Part shown: positions 38,919-50,239 of the stretch, piece after piece | How the letters are laid out: the number at the start of each line of letters is the position of its first letter | How positions within the stretch are numbered: the first letter of the stretch is position 1 | Assembly: GCF_036321535.1 (NCBI RefSeq) | Contig: NC_087437.1 | Span: forward strand, 25,360,001-25,424,000 | DNA length: 64,000 nt | Source: Camelus dromedarius | Taxonomy: Eukaryota | Direction of reading: 5' to 3' | Made by a program: the position numbers and the translations under genes | The notes under the pieces: model-generated | The model's input: the letters and a program-made list of their open reading frames with translations, nothing else | Database searches by the model: none | What the model was told of the DNA's origin: nothing

Positions 38919-39419
38919 TATCTTAGTTTTTTTGCCATAAATATCTTAGTAAATATCTTAGTTAAGTAGCTTAGTAAATTCTGCCATAAGCAGATTCCTT
39001 AACAAGGTAGTGCAAGTAGTTTATTTTGGAGTTGACCCCAGGAAACCACTAGCAGGGACAAGGGAACTAAGACAGTGAAGAAAGGGCAAAAAGTAGTGTT
39101 TGTTACCAAGCCAGTTAACACTAAGGAAACCACTAGAGCTTAATCACAGTAGAAGACTGAAATCCAATGGGGAGCAACGGGCTCTGAGTTATCTCAGCAG
39201 TGGGCAAGAAAACAGTGGTATTTATACAACAATTCCCATCAATCATCAGTTAAGGGGTATTTCTGGGAGTCACTAAATCCAAGGCCTTTTGGCTTGATTT
39301 GCAAGTGAACATAGGAGTCTCCAGAAGCCAAGGAAAGCCAACAGGCAGTTAGAAGTTAGGCTGTAATATACTAAAATACTAAGATGCAAAGGGGGTAAGA
39401 GCAGGGTTCCAACAGCACA
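38919..39419 (-). mobile_element. ERV-L 5' LTR (LTR33-like)
   Basis: 'aagcagattccttaacaagg...tgcaagtagtttattttggagttgaccccaggaaaccact' resembles LTR33; minus-strand TATAAATA (39219-39226) lies upstream of AATAAA (39020-39025), consistent with U3-R-U5 order leading into the PBS. Confidence 0.7.
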
Positions 39420-39749
39420 TTTGACTCTTTGTATTTAATAAAAAAATAATTTGCATAACCAGAGATGTACATTCTAAATAGGCTAAAAACATGTTTAAAG
39501 ATGTAGATATCGATGTAATTAAATATTGATCTGTTTATCCCTGGTCAGGTGTGTTTTGTTTTTACATATAAATATTTAAATTTTAAATATAAATATTTAT
39601 ATTAAATATAAGTTTAAATAAATTTTAAATATAAATATTTAAAATCTCTGTACTGCTAAGTGAAGAGGCTTATAAATTAACCATGTTAAAGGAAACATTA
39701 ACTTATCTTTACATTATTTCAATGGAAATGATTTACAAAATTGTTATCA

Positions 39750-39890
39750 TAGCAATAAGGATATATTGTACTGGACAGGAAAATATAGCGATTGTTTTGT
39801 AATAAATTTAAATGGAGTATAATCTATAAAAATATTGAATCTACTATGTCTTACACTTGAAATTAATATTGTAAATAAAAATAACACACA
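39750..39890 (+). mobile_element. Short laurasiatherian-type L1 3' end
   Basis: 'aaatggagtataatctataaaaatattgaatctactatgtcttacacttgaaattaatattgtaaat'. Confidence 0.65.
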
Positions 39891-39959
39891 AAATAATTGT
39901 CACAAAGAGGGAAAGAAGTCAGTAGGAATATATGTTTTAGTAACATGCTTTTCAAAACT

Positions 39960-40390
39960 GGAAAAAACACATTCTTTTCAATGCACATAGAATATTCATT
40001 AAAATAAATAACTTTCTGGGCCATAAAGCAAATTTTGTTGAAACTTCCAACAAATTTCAAAAGATTGAAATTATACAGGGCATTTCCCTGGCTACAGCAG
40101 AATTAAACTAGAAATTAACAAGAAAAAGATAACTAAAATGTTCTCTAAATGTTTGAAAATTGAGTGACACACGTTTAATCTTGAATCAAAAAATAAGTTG
40201 TATTGGCAACTTTGAAATGAATAATAAAAATACAATAAATTAAGATGTGTGGAAAGCAGCCAAAGCAGTGCTTAGAAGGAAATATATAGCCTTAAAATGC
40301 ACCTATACACATTGAAAAAGATTAACAAACTATACATTTAAGATCTCTGCACTTTGCTGTATGCTTATTAAATTCCATTCTAAAAGTTCT
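39960..40390 (+). mobile_element. Old L1M ORF2 endonuclease-region fragment plus short 3'-end piece
   Basis: 'cacattcttttcaatgcacatagaatattc...ctgggccataaagc...gaattaaactagaaatt...gcagccaaagcagtgcttagaaggaaatatatagc' is homologous to 45597-45930. Confidence 0.8.
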
Positions 40391-40455
40391 TAAAAATTGG
40401 ATATTATCTGATTTAATGAATTGACACTAAAATACAAATGAATAACATGCAACTA

Positions 40456-40659
40456 CAGTTAACTCTTGAACAATGAGGGTGTTGGGGCACTCCAAGCAGT
40501 CAAAACTCCGCATGCAACTTCAGTGTTCCATAGCTGCAGTTCCACATCTACAGATTCAACAAACCTCAGATCATGCAGTATAGTAGTACATATTTATTGA
40601 AAAAAATTCACATATAAGTAGACCCATGCAATTCAAACCCATGGTGTTCAAGGATACTG
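40456..40659. mobile_element. Tigger-family MITE (MER8/Tigger2-like) with TA TSD
   Basis: Termini ta|cagttaactcttgaaca ... tgttcaaggatactg|ta are degenerate Tigger2-type inverted repeats; internal 'aaaaattcacatataagtagacccatgcaattcaaaccc'. Confidence 0.85.
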
Positions 40660-41990
40660 TATATCCATATCTAACTTTTAAGAAAGATTTATCAAACTCA
40701 AATGATTTTTGTCACACTTTCAAGCAAAATGCCATTACAAACTGAAAAATTTCAAGTGGTCAATGTAGGAAAGTTAAGAAGCCTTTCAAGTGGATCTTAG
40801 ACCAACCCATCCAGGAGGAGGTTATATAAAAATTGTATTTTAAGGACACATTTGGGTGAAACAGAACTTAGTAAGTAAGATTTAATGAATGATAAAAAGA
40901 AGAAAAGACTAAGAAAAATAATGTCCCAATATATTTTCTTGGTTCAGACTTAAACATGATAAATAGAAACCAGGGGAGCTCTTTACTCATGTCAACGGCA
41001 CTATTTCTATAATCCTTGAAAGAGATCCCTTTCAACTCTTAGTTGCCTTCTTATTCACAATCCTAAATTTACTTTCTCCACAATTCTACAAAGAATATAA
41101 TTCTCAATAATTGTTATTCTACGTCCTTCCACCACGGTTATTTTGTTAGATTCTCATGATTTTGAAGCTCATCTTAATACTGACCTTAGTTAAACATTAT
41201 TACCACTTGTAATTAACATGACACACACAGAGTTAACTCACAAAACTATTTGTTTATTGAAAACAATATATACTTCTTAGTCCATCCCAGAGTCAAACCT
41301 AATTTGGTTCAAATGAATCTTGTTGATCCTTCTTAAATACATTGACACTTGAACTTCTATTTAATCTAAAATTTAGTTTACCTGCCATCCTTTCCACCAA
41401 GCTAAGAAGAAATGTCTCAAAATTACATATAATTTGAATGTGATCCTTTATCTTTTATTGCAGTGTACTTACTAAAATGCTTTCTTCTTTCTCCCTCCTC
41501 CATTAACAACTATTTCTTGTTCTTCCTATTTCCCCATCAAAAAGTTTAAAGACAATTTATCAACCTGTGACCTGCCTGCTTACATAGAAAATATCAGTAA
41601 AAGAACAAAGAAGCATAGCTTTGAAGAATTATAGATACAAGTAGATCATCATGTTCACTCAGAGTGAACTTTAGTGTCATTTGGAACATAAAAGAGAACA
41701 ATTTCCTAACTTTGAATTTGAGTTGCCATTCTTAGTTATAAGGGAAATCTAATATCTGAAACCTATCCCAGAACATTTTGTGAACATGAAAGCAAACATC
41801 TATTTTATAAAATAAAACCATAGCTTAAAAAACTGTCACTAGTTACTGACAAACAAATTCTCACATCATGGGGCTCTTAAGTTTCTAGTGTACTCTGGAT
41901 CAACTGGATGGTTTATAGATAGGATCACCATTAACCACTTCTGCATTTCTGGTAAGTGCATACTAAATGCTGTCAGAGAAAAAATAGTTC

Positions 41991-42039
41991 ACCATCCAAC
42001 AGGGAAAAAGACACCATCAACAGGGAAAAAGATATCATC
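41991..42039. repeat. About 21-bp tandem duplication (caacagggaaaaagaYaYcat x2)
   Basis: Directly visible. Confidence 0.8.
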
Positions 42040-42169
42040 TAAATATAGAAAATAAACATTGTCACTTGAATATATTCAGTAGCTCATCACTTAAAAATCA
42101 CATTATACCCGATATAACATAAAAATTTTTGGAAATTTTCTATGCTGTTTTAACATATTGTTGATTTCG

Positions 42170-42640
42170 ATTTTTCTTTCTAAAAAGTTTAATAGATTGT
42201 TGTATTATAAAAGTAACACATTCCCATTCTAAAAAACCTAGAAAATACAGAAAAGTTGAAAAACCAATCATGCATACTTCCATCATCTAGAGACAACTCC
42301 TACTGCATTAATTTTTATTGATATTCCTTCCTATTTATTATTATTTGGGGGGAGGACATGGGTTTTTGTTGCATAGATACTTTAGCTATTTTTATCACTT
42401 AGATTTTTTCCATGTTCTATATAGATTTTTTCCATGTTCTAAAAAACATGTTCCATGTTTTTCCAAGTTTTTCATAAACTTCATTTATATGGCTTCCTAT
42501 TTCATCACAATTAGCTATGCAAAAGTCTGCTTAAGCATTTCTCTATGTTTAAATCCTTAATTTGTTTCTACTTCCCTCTTTATGACTTAAAGCTTTTCTT
42601 ATATTTCTAGATTTTCCTTTTGATCATCCCCCCAAAGTTT
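42170..42640 (-). mobile_element. Very old L1ME-like 3' UTR remnant
   Basis: 'aaagtaacacattcccattctaaaaaacctagaaaatacagaaaag...catctagagacaact' resembles antisense L1ME 3' ends. Confidence 0.45.
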
Positions 42641-43015
42641 TAATAATTGCTAATTTTGTTTGAAATATATTAGGTGTCAGTGTTTTGTTTTTGTCTTTCC
42701 CTAATAGGGGATGGCTTCATTAGAAAATTGGCTTTAAATGCTTTAAAGTTTATATTTAATATTTGCTAATTTGGTAATGAAATACAGTTAGATATCAGTG
42801 CTATTCCTCACATGGCTTGAAAAACCACCTCACATGAAAGCAAAGCATTGATAAAAAGCCTAACCATTTGATAACAGACTACTTCCGTTAAGACACAGGT
42901 TCAATGCCCTTTCTAGAATTTACCCAAAAGTTCACTGACTGCTCTTAGTTAGACATCTCAAAGAATCCAGATCCTAAAACTCTCTTTGCATTTCAGCTCT
43001 TCAAATAAACTCAGT

Positions 43016-43039
43016 AAAAAAAAAAAAAAAAAAAAAAAA
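43016..43039. repeat. Poly(A) run
   Basis: Directly visible. Confidence 0.95.
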
Positions 43040-44079
43040 TTAAACAGTTTAAAGGAATATACTCATGGTCTATATTTCCAACTGCAAAAACCAACGGAAA
43101 TTATATCAGGAACAACAATTCTACTCTAGCAGTGCTGAAATTGAAACATCATTATTTATATCCTTATTTATAACAAATTTTTATTCATTTGGATAATTTC
43201 TACCTATTATTAAAAAAAAAAAAACATTTTTCAACAGATAATTCAAAGCAATGTAAAGTTTCTATTGTCCCTAACTGGCATCCTGTAGAGAAGATAACTA
43301 TCTTACTCTGTGGCAAAACAGCACATTATGCAGTGAGCACAATAATTCATGTCTCAAAAGTACTCTTTGAAATGTTTCACATAGAATCTGTTTGTCTCCA
43401 CATAGAGTGCGCACATGTATCTTCATTTATTTAGTAAAATACTACTCAAATGATAGCATACTTCCAATGAAATAGAAATGGTTAACTCTTCCTTTTATAA
43501 TTGAAATTTGCCATCCTTAAGTGCCTAAAAGTAATTATAGAAGAAAAGAAATTTCCTCTGCTTATATACAGAATAAAATTTTATTGTAATAACTAGTCAT
43601 CTTGAGCTGAAATGAATTTACATGAGCCATGTGGTTGGCCAGCAGGCATTTTAATCCTATTTCCTGTAAAAATAGCGATGTGGAATCCATGACAAGGGGG
43701 CAATATTTCTACAGTGTTATCCAAGGACAGAGCATGTTGTTCAGAAAATATTCCATGTTACTTGCCCTTTCTGCAGGGATTACAGGTCTTCTTTGCTTCA
43801 TTAAAACTCAGGGGACATGCTGATGTAATTTTCAGTCACTGGCTGGAGCTTACCACTTTTAATTAAATCAGAGTACTTGGATTTAAAATTTTTAAGATTC
43901 ACTTTCCACTTTTCCAGGCTTATTTGTCTTAGTCATTTGTGCATTTTCTGTCTGATCCATTTTTAAAGAACCAGTTTGGCTTTGCACTTAAGTATTAGTT
44001 TTCATGACTGAATTTATGAATGGAGGAAAAGGAAAGCTGAGGAGAAAAGTGAAAAGCTGTGAATACAAATATCACTTCA

Positions 44080-44178
44080 TTCTTGGCATTCTGGTCAGTA
44101 AAGATGCTTGAGATAATTACTATCTTCTTAAAATTGTTGAGGCTTCTTTTGTGCCCAAGTACATGATCAATCCTAGAA
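44080..44178 (-). mobile_element. Left piece of an antisense L1 ORF2 endonuclease fragment (host of the nested insertion)
   Basis: Reverse complement is nearly identical to about 45626-45724 and continues seamlessly at 49155 once the + L1 and one TSD copy are removed. Confidence 0.9.
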
Positions 44179-44179
44179 T

Positions 44180-44623
44180 GAAAAGGTTTTTGAAGAAATC
44201 ATGACTGAAAACTTCCCAAACTTAAAGAAGGAATCAGATATCCAAGTACAGGAAGCTCAGAGGGTCCCAAACAGGAAGAACCCAAATAGACCCACACCAA
44301 GACATATCATAATCAAGATGGCCAGAGTCAAGGATAAAGAAATGATTCTAAAGGCAGCAAGAGAAAAGCAAAGAGTAAGTTACAAGGGAACCCCCATAAG
44401 GCTCTCAGCTGATTTCTCTACACAAACACTACAGGCCAGAAGGGAGTGGCAAGATATATTCAAAGCCCTGAATGAAAAAAAAATGCAGCCTAGGATCCTT
44501 TATCCAGCAAGGCTATCCTTGAGGATAGAAGGAGAAATAAAGAGTTTCACAGACAAAAAAAAGCTGCAGGAGTTTAGCAACACTAAACCCATGCTAAAAG
44601 AAATATTGAAAGGGCTATTCTAA
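44180..44623 (+). pseudogene. L1 ORF1p C-terminal portion (RRM/CTD), 5'-truncated but open
   Basis: EEIMTENFPNL...QEAQRVP...TPRHIIIK...ILKAAREK...IRLSADFS...ARREW...YPARLS are canonical ORF1p motifs. Confidence 0.95.
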
Positions 44624-45026
44624 ATAGAAAAGCAGCAGGATGCTACAGAAATGAGAAACACACAACTGGAAAGGTGATAACTCATGAATTACAAATAAAG
44701 TAAACATGAAATTATAGAAGAAGACATACAATCACTGAGAGTGGGAGAGGGAGGCAGGGAAATATAGAATATTTTTTTCTTTCTTTTTTAAATTTTTTTA
44801 ACAGTAGGATGGGTTTGAGATCATGTTACTATCAGTTTAATAAAAACAGTTATAGTAATGGGTTGACAGATTTACAAAAAAGGGTAACCACAAGCCAAAA
44901 ATTTACAAAGGAGTCACAAAAATTAAATAAAATCCATGATAATACAAAGGAAAATTACCAAACCACAAAAGGAAGAAGAAAGGAACAAAGAGGATATACC
45001 AATTCAACTGCAAAGATAAGTTCAAA

Positions 45027-48000
45027 ATGGCAATAAACACACATCTATCATTAATTACTGTAAATGTTAATGGACTAAATGCTCCAGTCAAAAGACACAG
45101 AGTGGCAGACTGGATAATAAAGCAAGAACCTTCAATATGCTGCATACAAGAGACCCACTTTAGGGAGAAGGACACATATAGATTGAGAGCGAAAGGATGG
45201 AAAAGGATACTCCATGCAAATGGAAAAGCCAAAAAAGCAGGTGTTGCAGTACTGATTTCAGACAAAATAGACTTTAAAACAAAGGCCATAAAGAAAGATA
45301 AAGAAGGACATTTTATAATGATTAAAGGAGTGATACAAGATGAGGATATTACACTCGTTAATATATATGCACCCAATATAGGAGCACCTAAGTACATACA
45401 AGAATTACTAACAGAGATAAAGGGGGATATTGATGGGAATACAATCATAGTTGGAGATTTTAACACTGCATTAACATCACTAGACAGATCTTCCAGACAG
45501 AAAATAAACAAGGCAACAGAGAAATTAAATACTACAATAGAAAAACTAGATTTGGTGGCTATTTTCAGAGCATTACACCCCCCAAAAATAGGATATACAT
45601 TCTTTTCAAGTGCACATGGAACATTTTCCAGGATCGATCATGTACTTGGGCACAAAAGAAACCTCAACAATTTTAAGAAGATAGAAATTATCTCAAGCAT
45701 CTTTACTGACCACAATGCCAAGAAACTGGAAATGAACAACAGAGAAATAAAGGAGAAAAAAAGGAAAGCATGGAGATTAAACAATATGTTATTGAAAAAA
45801 CAATGGATCAATGAGGAAATCAAAGCTGAAATTAAAAAATACCTTGAGACAAATGATAATGAAAGCACAACCACTCAAAACCTATGGGACACAGCAAAGG
45901 CAGTGCTAAGAGGGAAGTTTATAGCGATATAGGCCTTCCTCAAAAAAGAAGAACAATCTCAAATAAACAATTTAACCCACCACCTGAATGAATTAGAAAA
46001 AGAAGAACAAAAAGCCCCAAAAAGCAGCAGAAGGAAGGAAATAATAAAGATCAGAGAGGAATTAAATACAATAGAGATTAACAAGACCATAGAAAAAATC
46101 AACCAAACCAAAAGCTGGTTTTTTGAAAAAGTAAATAAAATCGACAAACCTCTGGCCAAACTCACAAAGAAGAAAAAAGAGAGAGCACAAATTAGCAAAA
46201 TAAGAAAGGAAAATGGAGAAATTACAACAAACAAAATAGAAATACAGAATATCATACGAGAATATTATGAAAAACTATATGGAACCAAACTGGATAACCT
46301 AGAGGAGATGGACAAGTTTCTGGAAACATACTGTCCACCAAAACTGAATCAAGAAGAATCTGAACACTTGAACAATCCGATCACTAGAAAGGAAATAGAA
46401 ATAGCAATTAAAAACCTCCCTACAAATAAAAGTCCAAGACCAGATGGCTTCACCGGGGAATTCTACCAAACATACAAAGAAGAACTCATACCAGTCCTTC
46501 TCAAACTCTTCCAGATGATTGAAAAGGAGGGAATACTCCCAAACTCATTCTATGAAGCCACCATTACCCTGATACCAAAACCAGGCAAAGACACTACAAA
46601 AAAAAGAGAATTATAGGCCAATATCACTGATGAACATAGACGCCAAAATCCTCACCAAAATTTTAGCAAATAGAATCCAACAACACATAAAAAAGATTAT
46701 ACATCATGACCAAGTGGGGTTCATCCCAGGGACACAAGGCTGGTTCAACATACGCAAATCAATCAGTGTAATACATCACATCAACAAGAGAAAGGACAAA
46801 AACCACATGATCATCTCAATCGATGCAGAAAAAGCATTTGATAAAATTCAACACCCATTTATGATAAAAACTCTCGCCAAAGTGGGTATAGAGGGAACAT
46901 ATCTCAACATAATAAAAGCTATATATGACAGACCTACAGCCAGCATAGTACTCAACGGTGAAAAACTCAAAAGCTTCCCACTGAAATCTGGGACAAGACA
47001 AGGATGCCCACTATCACCACTCCTATTCAACATAGTCCTGGAAGTCCTAGCCACAGCAGTCAGGCAAGAGAAAGAAATAAAAGGGATCCAAATTGGAAAA
47101 GAAGAGGTAAAAGTGTCATTATATGCTGATGACATGTTACTATATATAGAAAACCCTAAAAGGTCCACACAAAAGCTACTAGAGCTGATTGAAGAATTCA
47201 GCAAGGTAGCAGGTCACAAAATTAACGTTCAAAAATCAGTTGCATTTCTTTACACTAACGATAAATCAACAGAAGAAGAAAGTAAAGAAACAATCCCCTT
47301 TAAAATAGCACCCAAAGTAATAAAATATCTGGGAATAAATCTAACCAAGGAGGTGAAAGAATTATACACAGAAAACTATAAACCATTGATGAAGGAAATT
47401 AAAGAAGACTTTAAAAAATGGAAAGATATTCCATGCTCTTGGATTGGAAGAATCAATATTGTTAAAATGGTCACACTGCCCAAGGCAATCTACAGATTTA
47501 ATGCAATCCCTATCCAATTACCCAGGACATATTTCACAGAACTAGAACAAATCATAATAAAATTCATATGGAACCATCAAAGACCTAGAATTGCCAAAGC
47601 ATTACTGAAGAGAAAGAAAGAGGCTGGAGGAATAATTCTCCCAGACTTCAGACAATACTATAGAGCTACAGTCATCAAGACAGCATGGTATTGGTACCAA
47701 AACAGACATATAGACCAATGGAACAGAATAGAGAGCCCAGAAATGAACCCATAAACTTTTGGTCAACTCATCTTTGACAAAGGAGGCAAGAATATACATT
47801 GGAATAAAGACAGTCTCTTCAGCAAATGGTGTTGGGAAAACTGGACAGCAACATGTAAAACAATGAAGCTAGAACACTCCCTTACACCATATACAAAAAT
47901 CAATTCAAAATGGATTAAAGACTTAAACATAAGACAAGATACAATAAACCTCCTAGAGGAAAACATAGGCAAAACATTATCTGACATACATCTCAAAAAT

Positions 48001-48825
48001 TTTCTCCTAGAAGAAATAAAAGCAAGAATAAACAAATGGGACCTAATGAAACTTACAAGCTTCTGCACAGCAAAGGAAACCAGAAATAAAACAAGAAGAA
48101 AACCTACGGAATGGGAGAAAATTTTTGCAAATGAAACCGACAAAGGCTTGATCTCCAGAATATATAAGCAGCTCATACGACTCAATAAGAAAAAAATAAA
48201 CAACCCAATCCAAAAATGGGCAGAAGACCTAAACAAGCAATTCTCCAAGGAAGACATACAAATGATCAAAAAGCACATGAAAAAATGCTCAATATCACTA
48301 ATTATCAGAGAAATGCAAATCAAAACTACAATGAGGTTTCACCTCACACCAGTCAGAATGGCCATCATTCAAAAATCCATAAATGACAAATGCTGGAGAG
48401 GCTGTGGAGAAAGGGGAACCCTCCTACACTGCTGGTGGGAATGCAGTTTGGTGCAGCCACTATGGAAAACAGTGTGGAGATTCCTCAAAAGACTAGGAAT
48501 AGACTTACCATATGACCCAGGAATCCCACTCCTGGGCTTGTATCCAGAAGGAAATCTACTTCAGGATGACACCTGCACCCCAATGTTCATAGCAGCACTA
48601 TTTACAATAGCCAAAACATGGAAACAGCCTAAATGTCCATCAACAGGTGACTGGATAAAGAAGTAGTGGTATATTTATACAGTGGAATACTACTCAGCCA
48701 TAAAAACCGACAACATAATGCCATTTGCAGCAACATGGATGCTCCTGGAGAATGTCATTCTAAGTGAAGTAAGCCAGAAAGAGAAAGAAAAATACCATAT
48801 GAGATCGCTCATATGTGGAATCTAA
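45027..48825 (+). pseudogene. L1 ORF2p (APE endonuclease, reverse transcriptase, CCHC domain), disrupted
   Basis: NVNGLN, CCIQET, NIYAP, GDFNT, TDHN endonuclease motifs; QGCPLSP and YADD (47122-47133); CWRGC...HCWWEC. Premature stops at 45930-45932, 47752-47754 and 48664-48666; +1 frameshift in the A8 run 46598-46605; natural stop 48823-48825. Confidence 0.95.
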
Positions 48826-49144
48826 AAAACAAAAACAAAAACAAACAAACAAACAAAAACAAAGCGTAAATAAAGGACAGAAATAGACTCACAGACAGAG
48901 AATACAGACTTGTGGTTACCAGGGGGGTGGAGGGTGGGAAGGGATAGACTGGGATTTCAAAATTGTAGAACAGACTACACTGTATAGCACAGGGAAATAT
49001 ACACAAAATGTTATGATAACTCACAGAGAAAAAAATGTGACAATGAGTGTGTATATGTCCATGAATAACTGAAAAATTGTGCTGAACACTGGAATTTGAC
49101 ACAACATTGTAAAATGATTATAAATCAATAAAAAATGTTAAAAA

Positions 49145-50131
49145 AATCCTAGAAAATGTTCCACATGCACTTGAAAAGAATGTATATCCTATTTTTGGGG
49201 GGTGTAATGCTCTGAAAATAGCCACCAAATCTAATTTTTCTATTGTATCATTTAATTTCTCTGTTGCCTTGTTTATTTTCTGTCTGGAAGATCTGTCTAG
49301 TGATGTAATGCGGTGTTAAAATCTCTGACAATGATTGTATTCCCATCAATTTCCCCCTTTATCTTTGTTAGTAATTATTTTATGTACTTAGGTGCTCCTA
49401 TATCGGGTGCATATATATTAAGGAGTATAATATCCTCATCTTGTGTTACTCCTTTAATCATTATAAAATGTCCTTCTTTATCTTTCTTTATGGCCTTTGT
49501 TTTAAAGTCTATTTTGTCTGAAATCAGTACTGCTATACCTGCTTTTTTGGCTTTTCCATTTGCATGGAATATCCTTTTCCATCCTTTCACTCTCAATCTA
49601 TATGTGTCCTTCTCCCTAAAGTGGGTCTCTTGTATGCAGCATATTGAAGGTTCTTACTTTATTATCCAGTCTGCCACTCTGTGTCTTTTGACTGGAGCAT
49701 TTAGTCCATTAACATTTACATTAATTAATGATAGATGTGTGTTTATTACCATTTTGAACTTATCTTTGCAGTTGATTTGGTATTTTCTCTTTGTTCGTTT
49801 CTTCTTCCTTTTGTGGTTTGGTAATTTTCCCTTTGTATTATCATGGATTTTATTTAGTTTTTATGACTCCCTTATAAGTTTTTGGCTTGTGATTACCCTT
49901 TTTTGTAAGTCTATTAACCCATTACTATAACTGTTTGTATTAAACAGATAGTAATATAATCTCAAACCCATCCTACCGAGAACAAAAAAATTTAAAAAAG
50001 AAAAAAAATTACTCTATATTTCCTTGCTTCCCTCTCCCACTCTTAATGATTTAGATGTCTTCTTTTAAAATTTTGTGTTTATTCTATTTGTGATTCATGG
50101 TAGTTATCACCTTTCCAGTTATGAGTTTCTT
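49145..50131 (-). mobile_element. Right piece of the antisense L1 fragment (inter-ORF spacer plus ORF2 endonuclease N-terminus)
   Basis: Reverse complement aligns to about 44654-45635; minus ORF 49375-49596 [32 protein letters not shown] is nearly identical to the + copy. Confidence 0.93.
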
Positions 50132-50239
50132 GAGCTTTTCTAATATGCTTCCTCAGGGATGGTGGTCCACTGTTTTTCTCCATGGTCTCTTTGTTCATTT
50201 GCTTTACTTCTGTTACTAGTGTTGTAATTTTTATTATTG

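Larger units (their letters stand above)
44179..49144 (+). mobile_element. Young lineage-specific L1, 5'-truncated within ORF1, with 10-bp TSD
   Basis: ORF1 C-terminus, spacer, full-length ORF2, 3' UTR with G-rich tract (48922-48953), AATAAA at 49127 and short A tail; TSD aatcctagaa at 44169-44178 and 49145-49154. Confidence 0.97.

Noticed and set aside
44903..45511. 202-aa antisense ORF, also open as 49313-49930 in the second copy
   Set aside because: Shadow ORF opposite the A-rich L1 ORF2. Sharing between two near-identical copies is not independent evidence. The same applies to the other antisense ORFs at 45.6-48.3 kb.
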